DNA from: an uncultured Verrucomicrobiota bacterium | Lineage (GTDB): Bacteria > Verrucomicrobiota > Verrucomicrobiia > Limisphaerales > JAEYXS01 | Direction of reading: 5' to 3' | Assembly: GCA_964589735.1 (NCBI GenBank) | Contig: CAZPUL010000009.1 | Span: 22,254 to 86,253 of the forward strand | Length of the DNA: 64,000 nucleotides | Part shown: one piece after another, positions 22,528-31,048 of the stretch | How positions within the stretch are numbered: the first letter of the stretch is position 1 | Layout of the letters: each line of letters opens with the position of its first letter | Notes under the pieces: generated by a model | Database searches by the model: none | The model's input: the letters and a program-made list of their open reading frames with translations, nothing else | What the model was told of the DNA's origin: nothing | Position numbers and translations under genes: made by a program

Positions 22528-23604
22528 TTAAGGCTCGGAACGGGCAAAAGCCACGAACGCTGCTTTTTGCGCTTCCACGACCGCCGTGGCGCCGCGCAAC
22601 TTGTAGAAGTACCACTGCCCGCCGCGCGGGACGATCGCTCCCACAATCCGGTCATCATTATTATCCATATCCACCAAGATGGCCCCGGGAATCGAGGAAT
22701 CAAGGGGCTGCACCAGTTTCGCCAGTCCGGCGGCATCCACCGGCTCCAGCTTCAACTGTCCGCGCCAGCGGTTGATGTTCGCCAGATTGCCGCCCGTATC
22801 AGAAGGAAAGACGCTGACGGTGACCTCGGCGGTTGCATCTTTTTGGGGCGGCATCTGGAATTTCGCCAACACCATGGCTCCCGGAGCCACTTCTTTCCAG
22901 GTGGCTGGCACGGCCCATTTGGAGCCGGAACCACCGGCCGGACTCGGAACTGTCGCAGCCGCATCACTGCCCGCCGTGCCTCCACCGGCCCCGAACCGCA
23001 CGGACTTGATGAACGCGAGGAAGTTCGCCTTTTCCTTCGTCACCAGCGCGTCATCACCGGAAATCTTGTAAAACCAGCTCGTGTCGGTGTCGTGCTGCAT
23101 CACGGTCACGATGCGCTGCACCCCCTCGGAGCCACTGGCAGTATTGGCGATTTCGAAGAGCCGGCCCTGCTTGCCTGCGACTTCGGCGCTGCTCAGTAAT
23201 TTGTCGGCCTCTTCCTTGCTAATCTCGGGCATGCCCATCTGCTGCCGCCACATGTTGACGACTTCCGTCTCGCGATTGGCCAACGGCGGCAAGGGGGCGA
23301 TGGATACGTTGGCCTTCAAGCCGCCCGCGCCATCGATATTGAAATTCGCCACGCTCACCTGGTTCTGCGGCACTTCCGTCCAGCCTGCCGGAACGGTGTA
23401 ATCCAGCTTGGGCCGTGCCGGGGCACTGGGCCGCTCCACCGCCGAGGGCGCAGAGCCGTGGGCATGGCCATGACCGGCGTGGGCAGCCTTCTCCTTCGGG
23501 GCTTGATAAACCCGGATTGCCTCCTGTTCTCCGCAACCAGCCAGCAGAAGACTGCCGGATATGAGGGCGGAAGACCAAACTTTATGTGTAAAACGCTTTG
23601 CCAC
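22528..23604 (-). CDS. Lipoprotein with His-rich linker and two tandem homologous domains (unknown function)
   Basis: GTG at 23604 (verified) gives (M)AKRFTHKVWSSALISGSLLLAGC, a lipobox. HAGHGHAHG follows, then two ~130-aa repeats. It lies 15 nt upstream of resB. The ORF-track start at 23868 would put 88 non-signal residues in front of the signal peptide. Confidence 0.6.
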   Translation of the reverse strand: MAKRFTHKVWSSALISGSLLLAGCGEQEAIRVYQAPKEKAAHAGHGHAHGSAPSAVERPSAPARPKLDYTVPAGWTEVPQNQVSVANFNIDGAGGLKANVSIAPLPPLANRETEVVNMWRQQMGMPEISKEEADKLLSSAEVAGKQGRLFEIANTASGSEGVQRIVTVMQHDTDTSWFYKISGDDALVTKEKANFLAFIKSVRFGAGGGTAGSDAAATVPSPAGGSGSKWAVPATWKEVAPGAMVLAKFQMPPQKDATAEVTVSVFPSDTGGNLANINRWRGQLKLEPVDAAGLAKLVQPLDSSIPGAILVDMDNNDDRIVGAIVPRGGQWYFYKLRGATAVVEAQKAAFVAFARSEP

Positions 23605-24080
23605 AGAACTTTCTAAGCTAGCTATTGCCCTTGCAGAGTAGCAACAAAATATCCTTCCATCAGGAGTCTGAGCCGCCCGGAAATGGGTCAATTTCGGTAT
23701 TATGACAGGCGACCCGGCCAAACTATTCAAACACCGTTCCATAAATAAGCTCGGCTTAACCTGGCCATCGCCAGGCTGCCCCGCGCTTTCCTCTTCTCCG
23801 GCCTTGATCTGGTTAATCATTATTTTACTTCTCTTGAACGTCTTTCCGGTCGTTTTCCATGCCACCACTTTGCCACTATTATCGGCCTCCCGTTAGCCTT
23901 GGCCTCGTTATTCCACACTATTCTCGGACTAAATTCCCGCTTTTTCATGACCTCATACTGCCATGTCTCCTGGTTGATCGTTAGCTTTCCGCTCGCTGCA
24001 ACTCACTGCAGCTACACATAATCTCGATCTCATGCCTCGCAGACTGACAGGTTCCCGGGGTTTCTGCTAACCATGCATCT

Positions 24081-24110
24081 CACTACATCCCACTACATCC
24101 CACTACATCC
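24081..24110. repeat. Three perfect tandem copies of a 10-bp unit CACTACATCC
   Basis: Read directly: cactacatcc cactacatcc cactacatcc at 24081-24110, in a gene-free region. Confidence 0.9.
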
Positions 24111-24187
24111 ACACAAAATAATGAGAAATCGCGCTTCCTCCTTCCCTATTGGCTAACCGCCCGCCTTGCGTTAGACTGATTCACGTT

Positions 24188-24394
24188 ATGGCCGACCAAG
24201 CTCCCAAATCACAGCCATCAGCCCCGGCCTCTCCGGCAGCGGATGCCAATGCCACTATTGCAGCACCGACACCACCGGCCATCGACTCCTCTGTTTCCGT
24301 TCCCGCAACCGCCAAACAGCTCTCCAAAGAAGAACAGATGGCCGCCTTCGAAGAAGACCTGAAATACAACGACTGGGGCCACCAACCCTGCTAG
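24188..24394 (+). CDS. Candidate 68-aa small protein (A/P/S-rich N-terminus, conserved-looking C-terminus ...EEQMAAFEEDLKYNDWGHQPC)
   Basis: ATG at 24188 verified. Third codon positions are strongly C/G-biased like neighbouring genes. A hairpin plus T-run lies downstream. No family recognised. Confidence 0.4.
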   Translation: MADQAPKSQPSAPASPAADANATIAAPTPPAIDSSVSVPATAKQLSKEEQMAAFEEDLKYNDWGHQPC

Positions 24395-24504
24395 TGGGGC
24401 GCGGCGTGTCCCGTATCGAAGGTCGGGAGTTGTCTCAACCCGCAGCAACTTCCAATAGCGCGTTGCGTTCAATCTGGCCTGTCACATCTCCACTCCGCTC
24501 TTCT

Positions 24505-24545
24505 TTCGATGTTGGACGTTGGGAGTTCGATGTTGGATGTTTTTC
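24505..24545. repeat. GT-rich intergenic element, copy A (built from CGATGTT / GATGTTGG units)
   Basis: TTCGATGTTGGA occurs twice (24505-24516 and 24526-24537). The 27-nt core at 24508-24534 matches 45663-45689 at 24/27 positions. Confidence 0.7.
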
Positions 24546-24551
24546 TATCCT

Positions 24552-24585
24552 AAAAGAAAAAAGCCCCCGGTTCATCACCGGAGGC
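24552..24585 (-). terminator. Rho-independent terminator downstream of rho (weaker in + orientation)
   Basis: Minus-strand RNA GCCUCCGGU-GAUGA-ACCGGGGGC (9 bp including one G-U) followed by UUUUUUCUUUU. In the + orientation the stem has a C-A mismatch and is followed by UUUUG. Confidence 0.75.
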
Positions 24586-24614
24586 TTTTGCAATTTCTAT
24601 GACCGATAGCCAGT

Positions 24615-26195
24615 TTACTGGCCCATCATCATCGTCAGCAGGAACTCGATGTTGCTGCGCGTCTTCTTCAGCTTGTTCAACATCAGTTCCATCGCTTCGA
24701 CTGGCGGCACGCCCGTGAGCGCACGGCGCAGCATGACCACGCGACCGTATTCGTCGGGATGATACAGCAGCTCTTCTTTGCGCGTGCCGGACATCTCGAT
24801 GTTGATCGAGGGGAAGATGCGGCGGTCCACCAGATGGCGGTCCAGATGCACTTCCATGTTACCCGTGCCCTTGAATTCTTCGAAGATGACTTCATCCATG
24901 CGGGAGCCGGTATCCACCAGCGCGGTCGCCATGATCGTCAGCGAACCACCCTCTTCGATGTTACGGGCGGCACCGAAGAAACGCTTCGGCTTGTGCAACG
25001 CGTTCGCATCCACACCGCCGGACAGGATCTTGCCGGAGTGCGGTTGCACCGTGTTGTAAGCACGGGCGAGACGCGTGATGGAGTCGAGCAAGATGACCAC
25101 GTCCTTCTTGTGCTCGATCATGCGCTTGGCCTTCTCGATCACCATCTCGGCCACTTGCACATGGCGTTCCGGCGGTTCATCGAAGGTCGAGGCGATCACT
25201 TCTGCCTCACGGCAGGACCGCTCCATGTCCGTCACTTCCTCAGGACGTTCGTCGATGAGCAAAATGAACAGGTAGCACTCCGGATTGTTCTTGATGATGG
25301 CGTTCGCCAGCTTCTGCATCAGCACCGTTTTACCCGTGCGAGGCGGAGCGACGATCAAGCCACGGCTGCCTTTGCCGATCGGGCAGACCAAGTCCAGCAC
25401 GCGCGTGGAGTATTCATCCGAAGCCGTTTCCAGCAGGAACCGCTTGTTCGGGAACAACGGCGTGAGGTTGTCAAAATGTGTTTTGTCCTTCGCCTTGTCC
25501 GGGTCTTCATGACCGACGGATTCCACTTTCAACAGCGCGAAGAAACGTTCCTTCTCTTTCGGCGGACGGATCTGGCCGGCGATGATGTCACCCGTCTGCA
25601 GATCGAAACGGCGGATCTGCGAAGGTGACACATAAATATCTTCCGGGCACGGCAGATAATTGAAACTCTGGGAGCGCAGGAAACCGAAACCTTCCGGCAA
25701 GATCTCCAGCACGCCTTCACCAAAGAGGATGCCGTTGCGTTCGCCATTCTTCTGCAGGATCTGGAAGATCACCTCGTGCTTCTTCATCGTCCCGAAGTTC
25801 TCGATCCCCATCTCCCTCGCCATCTTGTTCAGCTCGCCGATGGCCATGGCTTGGAGCTGGCTGATGTTGATACGGATCTGTGGCGTCACCGGCCCGTCTG
25901 TGCGTGGTGCCTGAGTTTCCTCCTCCTCATGTTCCTCCACTGCATGTTTAGGCGGTTCGAGTTCATCAGAAGATTCTAGTCGGCGAGGGACGGCAGCAGG
26001 CGCCGGAGCGGCCGGTTTGACCGGGGCTGGCTTTGGCGTCACCTTTTCCGGCTCCGCTTTCACGGCCTCAACCGGTGCGGGCTTTGCCGGAGTTTCCACT
26101 ACTTCCGGCGTTTCCATCAATTCAGGCTGCTCTGCCTCAGGTGCGGCAGCCTTCTTTGCCACTTTCTTGGTGGCCTTTTTGGGTAATCTTGCCAT
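24615..26195 (-). CDS. rho: Transcription termination factor Rho with a ~105-aa low-complexity N-terminal extension
   Basis: Rho_N ([23 protein letters not shown]), RNA-binding CSD-like domain, Walker A (APPRTGKT), and C-terminal RecA-like ATPase motifs. The N-terminus is K/A/P/E-rich. Confidence 0.95.
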   Translation of the reverse strand: MARLPKKATKKVAKKAAAPEAEQPELMETPEVVETPAKPAPVEAVKAEPEKVTPKPAPVKPAAPAPAAVPRRLESSDELEPPKHAVEEHEEEETQAPRTDGPVTPQIRINISQLQAMAIGELNKMAREMGIENFGTMKKHEVIFQILQKNGERNGILFGEGVLEILPEGFGFLRSQSFNYLPCPEDIYVSPSQIRRFDLQTGDIIAGQIRPPKEKERFFALLKVESVGHEDPDKAKDKTHFDNLTPLFPNKRFLLETASDEYSTRVLDLVCPIGKGSRGLIVAPPRTGKTVLMQKLANAIIKNNPECYLFILLIDERPEEVTDMERSCREAEVIASTFDEPPERHVQVAEMVIEKAKRMIEHKKDVVILLDSITRLARAYNTVQPHSGKILSGGVDANALHKPKRFFGAARNIEEGGSLTIMATALVDTGSRMDEVIFEEFKGTGNMEVHLDRHLVDRRIFPSINIEMSGTRKEELLYHPDEYGRVVMLRRALTGVPPVEAMELMLNKLKKTRSNIEFLLTMMMGQ

Positions 26196-26201
26196 ATGTC
26201 T

Positions 26202-26242
26202 AAATACAAAAATATGCGCCAGTGCTTAACCGCTACTGGCGC
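26202..26242 (-). terminator. Terminator-like hairpin ending 7 nt upstream of the rho start codon
   Basis: Perfect 8-bp stem GCGCCAGU/ACUGGCGC (26216-26223 / 26235-26242), 11-nt loop, then on the minus strand AUAUUUUUGUAUUU, then AGACAU-AUG(rho). Confidence 0.5.
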
Positions 26243-26352
26243 AAATTGTTGCCCTGCTGACGTGGATTCTTCATCCACGTTCTCCGGGGATTTGTTGGTG
26301 ACTGAACGGTATTGCTACCGGGGGTTCAGTGCGGGGTTCACCACGCCATACA

Positions 26353-28545
26353 TCAGTATGGCAAGGGGAACTTGGCGGTTAAGCGCTTCACACGTTCGCG
26401 CACAGAGTGTGCGGCGTCAAGATTTTTGATGTCCGCCAGCACTTCGCTGATCATGTCGGCAATCTCCGCCATTTCAGCTTCTTTCATACCGCGCGTGGTG
26501 ACGGCCGGTGTGCCCAAACGGACACCACTGGCCTGGAACGGCGAACGGGTCTCGAACGGAATCGTGTTCTTGTTCGTCGTGATGCCCGCTTCATCGAGCG
26601 CGATCTGGGAATCCTTGCCCGTGATACCCTTGGCGCCCACGTCCACCAGCATCAAGTGATTATCCGTGCCACCACTGACCAAACGGTAACCATTGCGGAT
26701 CATGCCCTCCGCCAGCGCCGCCGCATTCTTCACGATCTGCTGTTGATAGGTCTTGAAAGAAGGTTGCAGCGCTTCCTGGAAGCAAACCGCTTTCGCGGCG
26801 ATGACGTGCATCAACGGCCCACCCTGAATGCCCGGGAATGCCTGTGAATCGATTTCCTTCTGATACTTCGCCTTGCACATGATTAGACCGCCGCGAGGTC
26901 CGCGCAGGGTCTTGTGCGTGGTCGTCGTCACGAAGTCGGCATAAGGAACCGGGTTCGGATGGATGCCCGCCGCCACCAGACCGGCGATGTGCGCGATGTC
27001 CGCCAGCATCAGCGCGCCAACCTCTTGCGCGATCTCGCTCATGCGCTTGAAATCGATGATGCGTGGATAGGCGCTCGCACCCACCGTGATCATCTTGGGC
27101 TTGTGTTCACGGGCCATCTGCGAGAGCTGATCGTAATCGATCCGCTCGTCGTCCTTTCGCACGCCGTAGTGCACGATCTCGAAAAACTTGCCGGAGAAAT
27201 TCGCCTTGTTGCCATGGGTCAAGTGACCGCCATGGCTCAGGTCCATCGTCAGCATCTTGTCACCGGGCTTTAGCATGGCGAAATAAACGGCCATGTTCGC
27301 ACCGGAACCGGAATGCGGCTGCACGTTAGCATGCTCGGCACCAAACAATTTTTTGGCGCGCTCGATGGCGAGCGTCTCCACCACATCGACGTTTTCGCAA
27401 CCGCCGTACCAGCGCTTGGCCGGATAACCTTCGGCGTACTTGTTCGTCAGCACCGAACCTTGGGCTTCCATCACCGCGGGGCTGGTGAAGTTCTCGCTCG
27501 CGATGAGCTCGATGTTCTCCTGTTGGCGTTGGCGCTCCTGTTTGATCAACTGGGCGATCTCAGGGTCCGTTTGGGCGAGAGGCTGGGCCATCGGGCCGCA
27601 GCACGTCGAAGCAGTATTCTCCATCTTGTTTACTCGTCTTTCATGCCGCCCGCCTTCAAAGCGGGCGTTCAAAAATGTATCCACGATGCGTTTGGCCTGT
27701 TCGGTGGTCACCAGCTTCTCACCGAGGCAAAGCACATTCGCATTATTATGCTGGCGGCAGAGGGCGGCCATTTCTTCATTGAACACCAGTGCAGCGCGGA
27801 TGCCCGGCACTTTGTTCGCCGTGATGCTCATGCCCACCCCTGTCGTGCAGACCAGAATTCCCTCCTCCGCCTGACCGCGGGCCACGCATTGGGCCACTGC
27901 ATGGGCGAAGTCCGGATAATCGGTGGACTCTGTGGACATGGTGCCCAAGTCCTCCACCGTGATCCCCTGCCCTTGCAGATGACTCTTGAGGGCTTCCTTC
28001 AACTTGAAACCGCCGTGGTCGGACCCGATTGCTAAAGTCTTTTTCATGGCTGCGTGAGCGCCCGCCGCTGCCGCTTCGGTCTGCTCGATAAAATGAACTG
28101 CGGACTTCACCCCCGCCTCGATCTCATCCCGGCAATGGGCATAGACATGGAAGGGACTGCCAATGGGGTCCGATATCTCTTTGTCGTAGCCTTCCACCGA
28201 GTCATCGAACTCGCGCAACAGGAAGGTCTTCTCTGCCGCTTGCGGATACATGTAGATCAGGCTGTCGAGGTGGCTCTGGGTCATCCCGAAAATGTAGTCC
28301 GCCTGATCCACGATCTGGCCGGTGACCATCTTGCTCATCTGTCGGGAGATATCGATGCCCTTCTCGCGCATCGCCGTCACAGAATGCACGCTCGGTGCCT
28401 GCCCGTTCATCGCCCCGACACCGGCGGAAAGGACGCGATATCCCTTCCGGTTCTTGACCGCTTCACGGAAAAAACCTTCCGCCATGGGACTGCGGCAAAT
28501 GTTACCGGTGCAAATGACCAAAATTGTTATCTCGCCAGCCATCAA
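26353..28545 (-). CDS. glyA: Single-ORF fusion: LMW phosphotyrosine/arginine phosphatase + ribose-5-phosphate isomerase B + serine hydroxymethyltransferase
   Basis: aa 1-166: [13 protein letters not shown]-loop and DPIG. aa 167-318: [17 protein letters not shown]...CTTGVGMSI...GGRHERR (RpiB). aa 319-730: [38 protein letters not shown]...[14 protein letters not shown] (SHMT with PLP Lys). There are no stop codons between the modules. Domain boundaries are about 28048-28545, 27592-28047 and 26353-27591. Confidence 0.85.
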   Translation of the reverse strand: MMAGEITILVICTGNICRSPMAEGFFREAVKNRKGYRVLSAGVGAMNGQAPSVHSVTAMREKGIDISRQMSKMVTGQIVDQADYIFGMTQSHLDSLIYMYPQAAEKTFLLREFDDSVEGYDKEISDPIGSPFHVYAHCRDEIEAGVKSAVHFIEQTEAAAAGAHAAMKKTLAIGSDHGGFKLKEALKSHLQGQGITVEDLGTMSTESTDYPDFAHAVAQCVARGQAEEGILVCTTGVGMSITANKVPGIRAALVFNEEMAALCRQHNNANVLCLGEKLVTTEQAKRIVDTFLNARFEGGRHERRVNKMENTASTCCGPMAQPLAQTDPEIAQLIKQERQRQQENIELIASENFTSPAVMEAQGSVLTNKYAEGYPAKRWYGGCENVDVVETLAIERAKKLFGAEHANVQPHSGSGANMAVYFAMLKPGDKMLTMDLSHGGHLTHGNKANFSGKFFEIVHYGVRKDDERIDYDQLSQMAREHKPKMITVGASAYPRIIDFKRMSEIAQEVGALMLADIAHIAGLVAAGIHPNPVPYADFVTTTTHKTLRGPRGGLIMCKAKYQKEIDSQAFPGIQGGPLMHVIAAKAVCFQEALQPSFKTYQQQIVKNAAALAEGMIRNGYRLVSGGTDNHLMLVDVGAKGITGKDSQIALDEAGITTNKNTIPFETRSPFQASGVRLGTPAVTTRGMKEAEMAEIADMISEVLADIKNLDAAHSVRERVKRLTAKFPLPY

Positions 28546-28648
28546 AGTCGTTAAAAGTGTGATGCTAAACCCGAATCGTCAACGGCGAAATCCCGTTGTC
28601 GTCCGAATGTTTAAAATGGGACAAATGGTGTGCTTAACCTCCTCAGCC

Positions 28649-29677
28649 CTAACGCTTATTCCGATATTCCCGCACCATGGAGAGTCCCTTCACCAGATCC
28701 AGTGCCCGCGCCAAAGCCGGATCCCGGACCACATTCTTGGCCGCATTCTCCCCCGGCTTGATCGGCACCACGTCCACATCCGGATTCAACCCCTCCTTAT
28801 GCCGCCGAACCAGCTCCGCTTCATTGATCAACCGCGTGGGGGCTGTCGCCGCCTGGGTCTTGTTGGTCGAGGCCGCATCGCCTATCTGTTTGTAAGCATC
28901 TGCCAGATACATTTGCTCATCCAAAAGACTCACCTCCACTTTGATATCCGGAACGACACCGTTAAAGGGCATCGCCGTACCATCCTCAAATTTGATCTCC
29001 CCAGTCGCAACCCGTAACACATGCCCCGTAGAGAGTGGAATATCACGATACAAACTCAACTGGCCGGCAGTCGTTGAACCCAAGAGCAACCCCACTTTGC
29101 CCGCCCTCAATGAAGCCGCCAGCACCTCCACCGCATCTTGAGTCTTCTTATTCACCAAGATCACCGTCGGCATCTGGTTCACTGCACTGCGGCCGGTGGA
29201 CTTCTGCGCCTTGCCGTCAACGGTAGCGATGGTCTTGTCCGCCGGATAAAAGCAGTCCGCCACTTGAAAGATGCCCTGATGATCGCCGCCCTTGGCAAAA
29301 CGCAGGTCGATCACCAGCCCTTTCAGTTTGTTGGTGCTGGTCAACTGGTGCAGCGCCTCGCCTACCGTCTTGTCCGCCCCCTGCCCCAAGTCGCCCAACC
29401 GCACATAGCCATACGCAGTATCGAAAACTGTCGTTGCTGCCACCGCCGGACGCGGCTTCGCCTCAGATTCATCTGCCTTGGCTACGTTCGTAACCAGCAA
29501 CGCCCGATTTCCCAGCTTGCTGAGCAAGCCCTCCACCGCCGCCCCCTGCAAGTCCGCCTCGCTCACACCGGTGAGATTGGTCTTCAGGATGGAGTAAACC
29601 TCCTGAAAGCTCGGCGCGGCGGCCTGCGCGGTGAATGCCGTCAGCGTCAGGGCCAAAGATAGGATCAACCGTTTCAT
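28649..29677 (-). CDS. S41 (C-terminal processing peptidase)-like protein, apparently lacking the Ser/Lys dyad
   Basis: Signal peptide MKRLILSLALTLTAFTAQA (ATG at 29677 verified). S41-like core GLVIDLRF..GG, VILVNKKTQDAVEVLAASLR, LLLGSTTAGQ, GVVPDIKV. Confidence 0.75.
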   Translation of the reverse strand: MKRLILSLALTLTAFTAQAAAPSFQEVYSILKTNLTGVSEADLQGAAVEGLLSKLGNRALLVTNVAKADESEAKPRPAVAATTVFDTAYGYVRLGDLGQGADKTVGEALHQLTSTNKLKGLVIDLRFAKGGDHQGIFQVADCFYPADKTIATVDGKAQKSTGRSAVNQMPTVILVNKKTQDAVEVLAASLRAGKVGLLLGSTTAGQLSLYRDIPLSTGHVLRVATGEIKFEDGTAMPFNGVVPDIKVEVSLLDEQMYLADAYKQIGDAASTNKTQAATAPTRLINEAELVRRHKEGLNPDVDVVPIKPGENAAKNVVRDPALARALDLVKGLSMVREYRNKR

Positions 29678-29690
29678 TCGTGCTAATATC

Positions 29691-30989
29691 TCAGCGAAGT
29701 GCCTTGGATGCAATGTCCCGTCTGAATTGGGCCCCCTCAAAATCGATCAACGCCACCGCCTTATAAGCTGCTTCACGCGCTTCCTTGAGCGTTGGAGCCC
29801 AAGCAGTCACACCTAAAACACGCCCGCCATTAGTCACCACTTGCCCGTTCTTCAACGCGGTGCCGGCATGAAAAACTTTAGTGCTTGGCAACGCATTGGC
29901 CTTGTCCAAGCCGGTGATGACTTTCCCCTTCGGATAACTCCCCGGATACCCGCCCGAGGCCATCACCACACAAACGGAAGGCTGCGGGCTCCACTTCATT
30001 GCCACTTTGTCCAGCGTGCCATCCACACTCGCATTCAAGATGTCCACGAGGTCACTTTCCAACCGGGTCAGATACACCTGCGTTTCCGGATCGCCGAATC
30101 GCGCATTGAACTCGATCACCTTAGGCCCGCTCTTCGTCAGCATGACGCCGGGATAGATGATACCGTGATAGTCGATCCCTTCGGCCGCACAACCCTTCAA
30201 CCACGGATCCAAAATCGCTTTGCCGACCGCTTGCAACTCGGCCTCATTCAAGAATGGCGCGGGCGAATACGTGCCCATGCCGCCCGTGTTCAAGCCCTGG
30301 TCGTTATCTCCAATGCGTTTGTGATCTTGCGAAGTCGGAAACAATTTCGCCGTCTTACCATCCACAATCGCATGCAAAGATAGCTCCATGCCCTCGAGCA
30401 ATTCCTGGATAACCACATTATTACCAGCAGCACCAAAGGCCTTGCCCACCATGATCTCATCAATGGCTGCTTCCGCTTCGGGTATTGAGGTCGTCAATAA
30501 GACACCTTTGCCCAGCGCCAGACCATCCGCCTTTACAGCGCAACGTCCATCCAGACTGCGCGCAAATTCTTTGGCTTTTACCGCATCAGAAAAGGTGGCC
30601 GCCTTCATCGTCGGAATGCCATGACGCTCCATGAAGTGCTGGGTGAAAACCTTGGAAGCCTCGAACTCCGCCCCCTTCTTATTCGGTCCCCAGATCCGGA
30701 ACCCCTTGCTCTGAAACAGATCCACGATGCCCATGCCCAGCGGATTGTCCGGACCTACCACCGTCAGATCCGGCTTATGCTCCAGCGCAAACGCCAACAG
30801 CTTGGGCAAATCTTCCGCACCGATTGCTACCAGCTCCACCAAGCTGCCATTGCTTGCCAGGCGCTCCTCAGCAATGCCCGCATTGCCCGGTGCGCACCAC
30901 ATCTTCGTCGGTTGCGGTGACTGCGCCAGCTTCCAAACCAACGTATGTTCCCGCCCGCCCGACCCTATGACCAATAACTTCATGTCCAA
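29691..30989 (-). CDS. purD: Phosphoribosylamine-glycine ligase
   Basis: MKLLVIGSGGREHTLVWKL..., ATP-grasp core, GGMGTYSPAP, FNARFGDPETQ. Confidence 0.95.
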   Translation of the reverse strand: MDMKLLVIGSGGREHTLVWKLAQSPQPTKMWCAPGNAGIAEERLASNGSLVELVAIGAEDLPKLLAFALEHKPDLTVVGPDNPLGMGIVDLFQSKGFRIWGPNKKGAEFEASKVFTQHFMERHGIPTMKAATFSDAVKAKEFARSLDGRCAVKADGLALGKGVLLTTSIPEAEAAIDEIMVGKAFGAAGNNVVIQELLEGMELSLHAIVDGKTAKLFPTSQDHKRIGDNDQGLNTGGMGTYSPAPFLNEAELQAVGKAILDPWLKGCAAEGIDYHGIIYPGVMLTKSGPKVIEFNARFGDPETQVYLTRLESDLVDILNASVDGTLDKVAMKWSPQPSVCVVMASGGYPGSYPKGKVITGLDKANALPSTKVFHAGTALKNGQVVTNGGRVLGVTAWAPTLKEAREAAYKAVALIDFEGAQFRRDIASKALR

Positions 30990-31048
30990 CGATTCAACCC
31001 ACTAACGAACATCAGGGAAAGCACTTTTAACCGTCAACATGCTGCCGC

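Noticed and set aside
23605-23868. N-terminal 88-aa extension of the lipoprotein ORF (start at 23868)
   Set aside because: It would bury a textbook lipoprotein signal peptide (KRFTHKVWSSALISGSLLLAGC) inside the protein. A GTG at 23604 sits right before that signal peptide. The extension remains possible, hence the moderate confidence.
24081-24110. Possible CRISPR array
   Set aside because: The 10-bp units are directly abutting with no spacers, there are only three copies, and there are no cas genes. This is a simple tandem repeat.
24394-24609. 71-aa ORF translating the GT-rich element (..FDVGRWEFDVGCF..), and the 185-aa ORF at 45337-45894 covering copy B
   Set aside because: The reading frames differ between the two copies of the element. 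They run through a terminator hairpin or pyrimidine tracts, and the 45337 ORF overlaps purS antisense. The repeat is conserved at the DNA level, not the protein level.
26353-28545. Reading the PTP/RpiB/GlyA ORF as three separate genes
   Set aside because: No stop codon separates the modules in the given sequence. Separate annotation would need a sequencing error or internal initiation. It is kept as one CDS with a check flagged in the findings.
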